47,482 bases of DNA from Candidatus Nanoanaerosalina halalkaliphila. GTDB taxonomy: Archaea; Nanohalarchaeota; Nanosalinia; Nanosalinales; Nanoanaerosalinaceae. The stretch spans positions 1 through 47,482 of the forward strand of contig JALDAE010000003.1 of the NCBI GenBank assembly GCA_022729335.1. The letters are read 5' to 3'. A program made the position numbers and the translations under genes. Positions 8,355 to 17,300 of the stretch are shown in pieces. The notes beneath the pieces were generated by a model. The model did no database searches. It was not told where the DNA came from and saw only the letters and a program-made list of their open reading frames with translations. The first letter of the stretch is position 1. Each line of letters starts with the position of its first letter.

Positions 8355-10484
8355 TCAAAGTTCCTCTTTAAGATACGGATCATAAACCCGCTTATCCTTC
8401 CTGTAGTATATCTTGTAAATCTTTTCACAACTATTAACTTCCGAATCAAGTTTTTTGGCAGCTATCTTCTTAGCTTTTTTCTCCTTAACTTTCGTATCAA
8501 CCTTGCTTGCCTTTTCATCACTTATTCGGTTTCGAGGATAGCGCATAAAACCTTCTTTCCTTTTGTACAGGTTGTCTTCTTCCTTGATCAGGTTGAGCTC
8601 ATCAAGCTGTCCAAGTATCTTTTCAATCTTGGATAATGAAAGGTTGGTCTTTTCAGCAAGTTTCGCTTTGGAGCAGAAATCTTTCATCGAGTCCAGAACT
8701 TTTTCAGCAGTTTCCGTAAGGTTCAGATTTCGATCAATAACTCCTCCTTCCACTCCGTCAACTGCGACCTTTCCGACATCTGTCGATACCTCCCAGACAG
8801 GATAAAGAACTTTTCTCCCTTCATGGAAACCATCAACCTCCATTATATTGACCGGAGGACTGTAAACCTCTACCGTGGAACCTGTCACTTCCTCGACCTG
8901 TTCCTCTTCTTCAGATGAGAAGTCCTCTTCAACCTCCATTTCTACTTCTTCTGAATCTTCTTGGATCTCTTCATCAACTTCATCATCGTCTTCAATATTA
9001 ACAAACTCTTCTTCATCAAAATCATCGCCAGCTTCATCTGCCTTTTCCGATAGAGACTCATCAATCTCTTCTTCAAAATCATCAGAATCAAGAGTCTCAG
9101 TAGTACCTCCATGCATTGATTTTCTTGGTCTTATGCTGGTCAGTATGGGGTACTCCTTGCCAAGCACCAGACCTACACCCGTCTGCAAACCTGTTATGGA
9201 GTTCTTTACCTGACTTGTAACTCCTTCAAAGCTCTTTGAAATAGCTTTAAGATCATTTGGGTTCGTCACACGAAGTATTATCTGAGTGTTACATTGTGAA
9301 AGTATGTTTTTTGCAACGTTTGCCGGCCTCTGGCTTATAACTCCCATTCCAAGACCGAACTTACGCCCCTCGGATGCCACTTTCCTCAGGATATCGGAAC
9401 AAACTGCCTTGCCCATTCCTTTTTCAGGCACATAGTTATGGGCTTCTTCAAGTATCATTATGAAAGGTTCTAAATCTCCTCTCTTCCTCATTTCGAACAT
9501 TTCCTTTGCCAACTTGAAAACAACTATCTCCTGTTCATCCGGATCCACAGCTCTAAGGTTGATGATAGACGCTCTTCCTCTTTCCACCAAATTCTCCAGA
9601 CCTGTTGGCTCATCCAAAAATATACCGGCATCCTGAACTGTTTCAAGTATATTTACTAGATTCCACTTCGCCTTGGAGTCCTGTGCCATACACTTCTCTA
9701 TAATATCATCTAAAGTGTACTCGTCTCTTTCCTTCAAATCTTTCAGAGCGGTATAAAGAACTCCAAGCTGAGAATTCGTGAGGTTTGTTGGTACAACCTG
9801 CTGTATCTCCTTTGCGGAAAGGTTCTTGGAAGAAAATCCGAGCTTCTCGGCGTTCTCGTTTAAATCAGTGTTGGGAGAGTACTCCCTTACTTCGTAGCCC
9901 CGAGGATCAATATTGAACTTTTCTCTCATCTCCTCGTTAAGATCATCGTTTTCAAGCCCTATGCTGTTATACTCTCCGTGTGGATCTATGATAACGACGG
10001 GATAACCTTTCTCTATTAGTTCTTCCACCATCACGGAGACCGTGTAGCTCTTACCATATCCTGTCTTGGCAAGGACAGCAAAGTGCTTGTAGAGCTCCTC
10101 GGAATCCAGGAAAATGTTTATATCGGGATTTGTAACCAGGTGTCCCATGTAGAGTCCGTCCTCGTCCAGACCCAAAACTTCAGAGATAAGCTTTTGATCC
10201 GCATAATAAACAATTGAATCAGGTTCGATTACAGATCGTGGTTTTTTCAGCATTCCCTTGTGCCTGTATCCTATTATTGACGCATCTGCAACTGTCTTGT
10301 ATCTTTTACCACCGTCTTTCTCATCAATTGGCTTTTTCTCTACATCATTTATCTGTGCAAGAAGCCAGTCAGTTTCTTCAGTGTTTGCCTTGACCGTAAC
10401 AAAGTCAAATTTTTCCACATCCCTATGTGCTTCAAAACTGAATCGCTCAGTGTTCACAGATCCCTCAACAGTTCCTATCTCCAT
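8355..10484 (-). CDS. HerA-like ATPase (HAS barrel + DUF87) with acidic linker and C-terminal wHTH-containing extension
   Basis: N-terminal HAS-barrel-like region, Walker A AKTGYGKS, IDPHGEY, Walker B ILEEAH, EGRKFG, SQRP, SQCNTQ. ATG at 10484 preferred over TTG at 10493. Confidence 0.9.
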   Translation of the reverse strand: MEIGTVEGSVNTERFSFEAHRDVEKFDFVTVKANTEETDWLLAQINDVEKKPIDEKDGGKRYKTVADASIIGYRHKGMLKKPRSVIEPDSIVYYADQKLISEVLGLDEDGLYMGHLVTNPDINIFLDSEELYKHFAVLAKTGYGKSYTVSVMVEELIEKGYPVVIIDPHGEYNSIGLENDDLNEEMREKFNIDPRGYEVREYSPNTDLNENAEKLGFSSKNLSAKEIQQVVPTNLTNSQLGVLYTALKDLKERDEYTLDDIIEKCMAQDSKAKWNLVNILETVQDAGIFLDEPTGLENLVERGRASIINLRAVDPDEQEIVVFKLAKEMFEMRKRGDLEPFIMILEEAHNYVPEKGMGKAVCSDILRKVASEGRKFGLGMGVISQRPANVAKNILSQCNTQIILRVTNPNDLKAISKSFEGVTSQVKNSITGLQTGVGLVLGKEYPILTSIRPRKSMHGGTTETLDSDDFEEEIDESLSEKADEAGDDFDEEEFVNIEDDDEVDEEIQEDSEEVEMEVEEDFSSEEEEQVEEVTGSTVEVYSPPVNIMEVDGFHEGRKVLYPVWEVSTDVGKVAVDGVEGGVIDRNLNLTETAEKVLDSMKDFCSKAKLAEKTNLSLSKIEKILGQLDELNLIKEEDNLYKRKEGFMRYPRNRISDEKASKVDTKVKEKKAKKIAAKKLDSEVNSCEKIYKIYYRKDKRVYDPYLKEEL

Positions 10485-10573
10485 ATAAAACAACTCTTTG
10501 AATTAAAGTACAGCGTTTCAAAAACATCAGACAAAAAAAGGATTTTTAACATTTAATCCTCAAGTACAACTTA

Positions 10574-10987
10574 ATGGACGAAGATTTAAAATACTTGTTA
10601 ATTATATTTCTGGTGCTTGCAGGAACAGCAACAGCCCACAATTTATACATTGACGAGGATGACGCTTTAAGTATAGGTATGTGTGATACAGACTTACATT
10701 GCGGAGGATTTGAAGTTAATGATTTTTGTGTAGGAGTTAATTACAGGACAACCGAGTGTTATGGACCAGGAGATGCTGAGGAGTATCGCATGGCCGAGGC
10801 GAAGTGTGCTACACAGGCCTACAACTTATGTGAGGATAATGACTTGGAACAAACAGAATGGGCTGATGAAGCATCTTACGAGAACAAGACCTGCGAGGAC
10901 TGGAACGAAGATTATGAAGAGTTCACTCTCATAACTTGTGACGATATGAGTCCATCAACACTAAATTGGGAGAATATTAGTAGGTGA
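10574..10987 (+). CDS. Secreted Cys-rich (8 Cys) hypothetical protein
   Basis: Hydrophobic N-terminus, acidic mature part with 8 Cys; 6 bp upstream of ndk. Confidence 0.75.
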   Translation: MDEDLKYLLIIFLVLAGTATAHNLYIDEDDALSIGMCDTDLHCGGFEVNDFCVGVNYRTTECYGPGDAEEYRMAEAKCATQAYNLCEDNDLEQTEWADEASYENKTCEDWNEDYEEFTLITCDDMSPSTLNWENISR

Positions 10988-10993
10988 TAAAAA

Positions 10994-11482
10994 ATGACAG
11001 AATATCTAGAAAGAACATTCGTGGCTTTGAAACCGGACGCTATCCAGAGAGGAATAACAGGTCAGATAATCCACAGACTCGAGAGAGCCGGGATGAGATT
11101 GGTTGCGATGAAGATGATAAAAGCGGACGACGAACTTCTAAAGGAGCATTACTCGGAACACGTCGACAAGGATTTTTACGAGGGACTGAAAAACTTCATG
11201 CAAGAGGGACCTGTTGTTGCCATGGTATGGGAAGGAGTTAACGCTGTGCCAAATGTGAGAAAGATAGTTGGAGAAACAGCTCCAAGAGAGGCAAGACCAG
11301 GAACCATAAGAGGAGATTTTGCTCACATGTCCTTTTCGCATGCTGATGAGAAAGGGCAGGCAGTGAAGAACCTGATACATGCTTCTGGAGAGAAAAAAGA
11401 GGCGATGGAAGAAATAGCACTATGGTTCGACGACGACGAGATCAAGGATTACACAAGGACTGACAAAGAACACGTCCGATAA
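10994..11482 (+). CDS. ndk: Nucleoside diphosphate kinase
   Basis: ERTFVALKPD, GPVVAMVWEG, PGTIRGDF, NLIHAS (catalytic His); AGGTGA SD motif. Confidence 0.97.
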   Translation: MTEYLERTFVALKPDAIQRGITGQIIHRLERAGMRLVAMKMIKADDELLKEHYSEHVDKDFYEGLKNFMQEGPVVAMVWEGVNAVPNVRKIVGETAPREARPGTIRGDFAHMSFSHADEKGQAVKNLIHASGEKKEAMEEIALWFDDDEIKDYTRTDKEHVR

Positions 11483-11509
11483 CGTGCTTTTTCCTTCTTT
11501 CCTTTATTT

Positions 11510-12358
11510 TTATTCAGCAGGAAACATTATTTCTTCAGTACCTTCCGGGTTTCTCAAATAGACGAATAGAGCTTTTCTGTTGCTCTCTTCCGGACATTCA
11601 TCCACAAATTCGATTCCAACATCCTCAACCCTGGTTGTGTTCGTAATCCTATAATAATCTCTTAGATCTGCTTCAATAGATACCTCTATCTCACCGTTAC
11701 CTTCAATTGTCCCCGAAGACAAAGAATGATCCGAATAACGAACCATGACCGGCTGTTCATCTATTTCTTCCTCTGGTACAAAAAGACAGCCCTCGTAAGA
11801 AGGCACTTCATATTCTCTGGATAAAAAGAAAGGGTTCCTAACGGTAATAAATCCTATATCAGATCTTGAGCCTTCTTCAAAATTTATTTCTTCATAAAGT
11901 TCCAGTTCAAACTCTGGCTGGCCTCCAAAAACATCAAACAACAGTATCAATGCCAGTACCGAAATCAAAAACACTATCAAGTATTTGAAAGTTTTTCTAT
12001 CAATAAAACGTCCCTTCTTTTTCACCAGATGGCCCAGTCCAAGGAAGAGCAGAGCGGAAAACCCAAGTACAGCAAAAACCTGGTTAGTCGTAAATTCGAA
12101 TCTTGTTACTGTATATACCAGAAATACGATGTAGGAGGCTGCGGAAAGTATGTAGAAAACTTTACCGACTGTTTCCCTGTAAAGATGGTTTCCAAGTATA
12201 AACAGCAAGGCAAAGAGCAAGAATAAAGATGCGGATCTTGTGAAAGGAGCCAGATCAAACACTAGTTGCTGTGCAAAGTAAACAAAAGTTATTATGGCGA
12301 AGAGAACACCTGCTCCATAAAGTATGTAGGAGCTATCGAACTCTATATCCATAAACAA
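11510..12358 (-). CDS. Membrane protein (about 5 TM) with C-terminal extracellular domain
   Basis: Five hydrophobic segments, then a soluble domain with NPF..R..P.Y.GC; resembles haloarchaeal membrane proteins (recalled). Confidence 0.75.
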   Translation of the reverse strand: MFMDIEFDSSYILYGAGVLFAIITFVYFAQQLVFDLAPFTRSASLFLLFALLFILGNHLYRETVGKVFYILSAASYIVFLVYTVTRFEFTTNQVFAVLGFSALLFLGLGHLVKKKGRFIDRKTFKYLIVFLISVLALILLFDVFGGQPEFELELYEEINFEEGSRSDIGFITVRNPFFLSREYEVPSYEGCLFVPEEEIDEQPVMVRYSDHSLSSGTIEGNGEIEVSIEADLRDYYRITNTTRVEDVGIEFVDECPEESNRKALFVYLRNPEGTEEIMFPAE

Positions 12359-12376
12359 ATCTATGTTTCACGGTTA

Positions 12377-12862
12377 TTAAAAGCTTTTAGATGGGTTGTG
12401 CTGCCTCAAAAAATCGAGGAATGATGAATAAGTTCCCTGCTCAAGCTCCATCTTGACGAGTTTCTCCGCCTTTTCGGAGTTCTCGGAGACCTCCTTAACG
12501 ACAGAGTAAAGCTTGTGAGGATCCCCTGTTTCATCTCTCTCAAAAAACTGGTTGAGCATATTTACCTCGGTATAAACCTTTTTCAAAAACTTTACAGAGC
12601 CCTTCCTCATGTAAAAACCTGCTCCAGCACTTAAAGCTTTCCTGTAAGCATTATCAGGTAACAGCAACTCATAATCCATCAAAAACTCTCCTTCTACCTC
12701 TTCAAGTTTAGAATTTGAGAGGTCTCTGATTATAGATAGCTCTTTAACAACCTCAGCAAGAGCCTCTTTGTGAAGTTTGTATACAGCGTATGCTCTAGTG
12801 GAGAATACTACAATTAAACACGATATCCAGCCCAATATTAAACCTATGAACAAAAGATACAT
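12377..12862 (-). CDS. Hypothetical protein with N-terminal TM and helical bundle
   Basis: 161-aa ORF, N-terminal hydrophobic helix, AGGTG SD motif upstream. Confidence 0.7.
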   Translation of the reverse strand: MYLLFIGLILGWISCLIVVFSTRAYAVYKLHKEALAEVVKELSIIRDLSNSKLEEVEGEFLMDYELLLPDNAYRKALSAGAGFYMRKGSVKFLKKVYTEVNMLNQFFERDETGDPHKLYSVVKEVSENSEKAEKLVKMELEQGTYSSFLDFLRQHNPSKSF

Positions 12863-12949
12863 CTATCAACACCTTTAAAGAACATTAAAAATAGTTTGAA
12901 ATACTTTCTAAAAAAGTTACCGGTAGGAAAAATAAAGAAAAGGGAGTGC

Positions 12950-14302
12950 CTATTCCTCCTCTTCAGATTCCTTGTCTTCCTCTCCCCTAAGCATCCGGTT
13001 AAAAACTATCATGAGAACCACTAAAAGAACAGCTCCCGAAAGCAATGCTAATTGGTCAGATCTTTCATACACAATTCTGCCTACACGTCCGGTGAATGTT
13101 TCCTCTGTTTCTTCATATACTTCGACTGTTCTTGTGAAATCTCCTGCTTGGAAAGAGTGCTCTCCGATATCTTCGATTGTGTGGTTCAGAGCCATGCTTT
13201 CTCTCTCACCAGGTAGAAGTGTGAAAGATTCGGATACAAGTGTTTCATTGTTTAGTTTTATCTCCATTTCTTCAGTACCCGAAATGTTTCCATAATTTTC
13301 AACGTCAGCTTCTATAGAAACGTTTAGAGGTGATTTACCTTCTTCAGGCTCTACTTTGAGACCGGTGAACTCTATATCCGAGACACCTTCCTCCTCTTCC
13401 AGAGTTATCGCAAAGTAGGAAAAGCCATCAGCCGTTGCAAGGAACCTGTAATCTTCGTCCTCAACCTGCAACAAACTTGTTTCCAGTTCTTCCCAGCCCC
13501 ATGTGCTGTATCTTTTCATCATAACATCTTCAGGATCTCTTCCTCTTTCCTCGAGGAACTCCTGGTCCACTGTGAACTCTATCTCGACATCCCTGACATC
13601 AATGTCTCTTAATCCAAGATTTATTTCTTGGTAGCGGTAGACCTGTTCGGAGGCTGGTGAAACCGTTTCTGGTCTTTCATCGCCCATGTCCACAACAGAA
13701 ACATCCAGTGTATCTCTATCGATGACCGAGCTGAAACTTACTCTTCGAACAAAAGGCTTTTCTTCGGTATCGCTCAAAGACAGCTCGATTTCCTGGTTTG
13801 CGGAAACATCTGTGAACTCCGCTGTTGCGCTTCCGTGTCTAAATGTCTCTTCTAACCTCAAAGGTTCTTTTTCAGGTTCCGGATCAGGTTCTTCGGGTTC
13901 GTCTACCGGCTCATCGAAAATATCGCGTCCTCTGCCAACGTCTTCATCATCTTCAGGATCATCATCCTCGATCAGATCTTTCTCAACATCGTAATTATCT
14001 AAACCACTCACAACCTCAACGTTCTCTCTTTCGGTGTCATCGTCCACTATCAAATAGAACTTGTCGTGATCGGATGAAACCCTGACGGAGTAATACCCGT
14101 CCGAATCCGTTGTATCGGTATCAACTACTTCACCATCGACCATCGCATCTACAACAACTCCTTCAACCACTTCACCGGTATCGATGTCAGTAACAGTTCC
14201 GTAAACCTCGTGAGGAGGTGTTGGAACAGCCTGAACCATCATTCCTGCAGTTAAAAACAGTGCAACTAAAAGAGCTGTCAGTTTTTTATTTTTAGATTTC
14301 AT
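12950..14302 (-). CDS. PGF-pre-PGF domain cell-surface protein with C-terminal membrane anchor
   Basis: Signal peptide; carboxypeptidase-regulatory-like domain (VYGTVTD..TDSDGYY); Pro/acidic linker; PGF-pre-PGF signature (VYRYQEI..IEFTV..GFSYFAI); CARDB-like domain; C-terminal TM. Confidence 0.88.
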   Translation of the reverse strand: MKSKNKKLTALLVALFLTAGMMVQAVPTPPHEVYGTVTDIDTGEVVEGVVVDAMVDGEVVDTDTTDSDGYYSVRVSSDHDKFYLIVDDDTERENVEVVSGLDNYDVEKDLIEDDDPEDDEDVGRGRDIFDEPVDEPEEPDPEPEKEPLRLEETFRHGSATAEFTDVSANQEIELSLSDTEEKPFVRRVSFSSVIDRDTLDVSVVDMGDERPETVSPASEQVYRYQEINLGLRDIDVRDVEIEFTVDQEFLEERGRDPEDVMMKRYSTWGWEELETSLLQVEDEDYRFLATADGFSYFAITLEEEEGVSDIEFTGLKVEPEEGKSPLNVSIEADVENYGNISGTEEMEIKLNNETLVSESFTLLPGERESMALNHTIEDIGEHSFQAGDFTRTVEVYEETEETFTGRVGRIVYERSDQLALLSGAVLLVVLMIVFNRMLRGEEDKESEEEE

Positions 14303-17300
14303 TAGTCATCACCTCCGACATCAAATCCTTCTGTTTCCTCAATACCGCTTATATTGACTGTAACATCATGATCTCCAGAGTCCGTTATGTTTTCATCTGT
14401 CAAGTAATCGGTTTCCCCTTGGTCAAAATCAAATACCGCTGAATCGTTACGATAAACCTCATGTTCTGTGTCATTCTGTATCACAACACTACTGCCATCG
14501 TATTCATAATTTACACTGTTTACAAATTCATCCTCCCCATCAGTAATCTCTATTTCTAGGTGGTCTCCGGCTTCTATGTCATCCGCTTCTGTTTCATAGC
14601 TGTTAAGTTCAGCTGGATTTACCTCAAAAGTTTCAGAAGTCTCATCAACACTGTCGCTGACATTCTCGTGACCCTCATTTATGGAAAACTCAAGTTCGTA
14701 AGTATCAGCTTCTTCAATAACCAGGTCATCGAAAGTAGCAGTACCTCCATCAGTATCAACAGATGTTGTTGAACCATCTGTCAATTCTCCAGATCCATCA
14801 ATTGCTTCAACTTCAACCTCTACACCGTCCACAAGGTTTCCAAACTCATCCGTAGTGTTAACCTCTGGAGGTCCCTGGATTTCTTCACCTGCTGTAGAAT
14901 CCTCCGGTTCTGTCAAGATACCAACCGAGTCAGCATCGATAGGCCGTACTTCAAATTCTCCGTCCCTAGTTTCATCGTCCACTTTTACTTCTGCAGTGTA
15001 CTCTCCCGAAGTTTCAAACGATTTATCTGGCGTGTATACAGCATCGCCTTCATCAAACTCGAAAACAGCGGAATCATTATTGTAAACAACGGTATCGTCC
15101 TCATCCTTAACCTCGACTTCTCCTTCACGCGTGTTATTAACATTGTTTCCAAATTCGTCTTCAGTGTTGTTCACATAGATCTCCGGTGTTTCTCCCGCAT
15201 CTATCTCGTCTGAATCGAAATTAACCTCGAAATCATCAGCATCTGCAGGAACAACATCGAAACTGGCAGTTGTTTCCGTATCTTCTCTGCCTACTTCATC
15301 ATCAGCTTCATCTATTGAAAACTTCAGTCGGTATCTATCAGCTTTTTCAATTACGAGATCTTCGAACGAAGCGATACCTTCTTCAGTATCCACTACTGTT
15401 TCTCCAGTTTCTATATCTCCATCACCTTCACCAGCCTCAACAGTAACCTCTACTCCGTCAACCCTGTTGTCGAAGCTGTCGTTCACCTCTGCAGCCGGCT
15501 GGTTTTCAATATATTCACCTGCAACCGTATCTTCAGGGTTTCGGTAAACATCTACAACAGTGGCAAGGTTTGTATCCACGTTGAACTCGTTGCTTTCACC
15601 GTATACATCAGGATCCTCATCGGTGTCCTCAGCTACTAGAACCACTTCTTCCTCGTCATCTGTTATATTCACATGGCCTTCCCAGGTACCTTCAGTAAAC
15701 TCTAATTCGCCTGGTTCCTCGATATCTACCTTTTCAGAGGAAATATCTGCTTCTCCCTCATAACTGGTTGCGTTGTTGTCGAACTCGTCCAGTGCAAACA
15801 CTGATACCTCGAACTCTTCTCCCGCGGTCTGATCCTCTACTTCCGTGAATTCGAATACCTCGGGGTCTGCATGAGATACTTCAAAGTCGTTGCTTGTTCC
15901 GTTTACGTCTTCATCTTCTTCAAGGTAAACGGTTATGTTGTTCGCGTCAACAGCTTCAGTCATATTGACCTCTCCTGTCCACTCGCCTTCTGTGAACTCT
16001 CCGGTTTCTTCCGGATCGATTGTTCCCGTGTGATCTTCAAGCTCTGCTGTTTCATCGAAACCTGTTGCAAGGTTGCCGAACCTGTCATAAGCGGAAATAT
16101 CTATTTCGAAGTTTTCTCCCGCAGTCTTATCTTCTATATCTTCAATTTCAAATTCGGCTGGTTCTCCTGGAGTTATCTCGAACTCTTGGCTCTCCACTGT
16201 GTGATCTCTTTCCGTGTTTTCTTCCTCCTCGAATATAGAGAAGTTCAGTTTGTAGTCTCCCATCTCCGTAATGTTCAGGTCGTCGAACTCTGCTTTTCCG
16301 TCCATCTCATCCTCTGCTATTCCTTCTCCCTCTGTCTTCCTGGATACTGTTCCCGCTTCGAATTCGTGTTCCAAACCTTCTTTTTCAGCGGTGACGTTTA
16401 CAGTTACATTTGGCACAAGGTTTCCGTATCTGTCAGAAACACTTGCAACTGGATGATCGTCCTCTCCTTCAAGAAATTCACCTACAGATGTGTCAACGGG
16501 CTGACTTTCTATATTTACTTCGAAGCCTTCGTTCGGTTTAACTTCGAAAGTTGAGGTGCTTGCCTTGTGAGCCTTATCCTGTCCGGACGAGTCACCGATA
16601 TCGTACTCATCATTAAAGAAGTACAAAAGGTGTCTTCCAGCGTTCTCTATAACAAGATCATCAAAAATCGATATGCCTTTTTCGTCGGTCTCAACGGTTG
16701 TGTTGCCGTCCGTTATGGGTCCTCCGTCCCATCCTGCTTCGACCTGTACCTCCACTTCTGGAACCGGGTTGTCGTGTTCGTCGGTTACAAGAACATCGGG
16801 TTCTCCTGTTATGACCTCTCCTGCTGTCTGGGTTCCATCGGGTTCTTTCTGGACCTTTATGCTGTTTGGAGTTCCGGGTTCGAATGTTCCTGTTGCGTTC
16901 ACATAATTATCGTTTATCTGTTCCTCGAAGTCGAATTCCACGTTTTGCTGGGAAACTGTCGAGCTTGCCTGTAGAACTGCTTCACCGTCTTCACCTGTCT
17001 CGATTGTTTCGTCGTACGAGACATCTGTTCCGTTGTCATCTATCTCAACTTCAACATCCGAAACAGGGTTTCCTGCAACATCCGTTACTTCAACGGTGTA
17101 TTCAAGTGTTTCTTCGCCGTCTGCGGTTGCCGAATCGTGTTCAGGTTCCACTGATATGTCTTCAGGAGTTCCTGCGGTTATGTTAACTTCGAAATCTGTC
17201 TCTACATGTCCTTCAAGAACTCTGTCAGATTTTATTTCTCCTGTAAGGCTCTCTACCTGTGCCGAAAGGTAGTCAGTTTCTGTATCGTTCATAAGCTCTT

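Noticed and set aside
8355-10484. HerA-based antiphage system (Sir2-HerA, DUF4297-HerA)
   Set aside because: No adjacent effector gene; neighbours are a tRNA and a secreted protein.
10984-11241. 85-aa alternative-frame ORF over ndk
   Set aside because: Overlaps a confident gene on the same strand and has no recognisable motif.
14300-14304. Frameshift splitting one anchored giant protein into two ORFs
   Set aside because: The downstream ORF has its own signal peptide; TAATG overlap is ordinary translational coupling.
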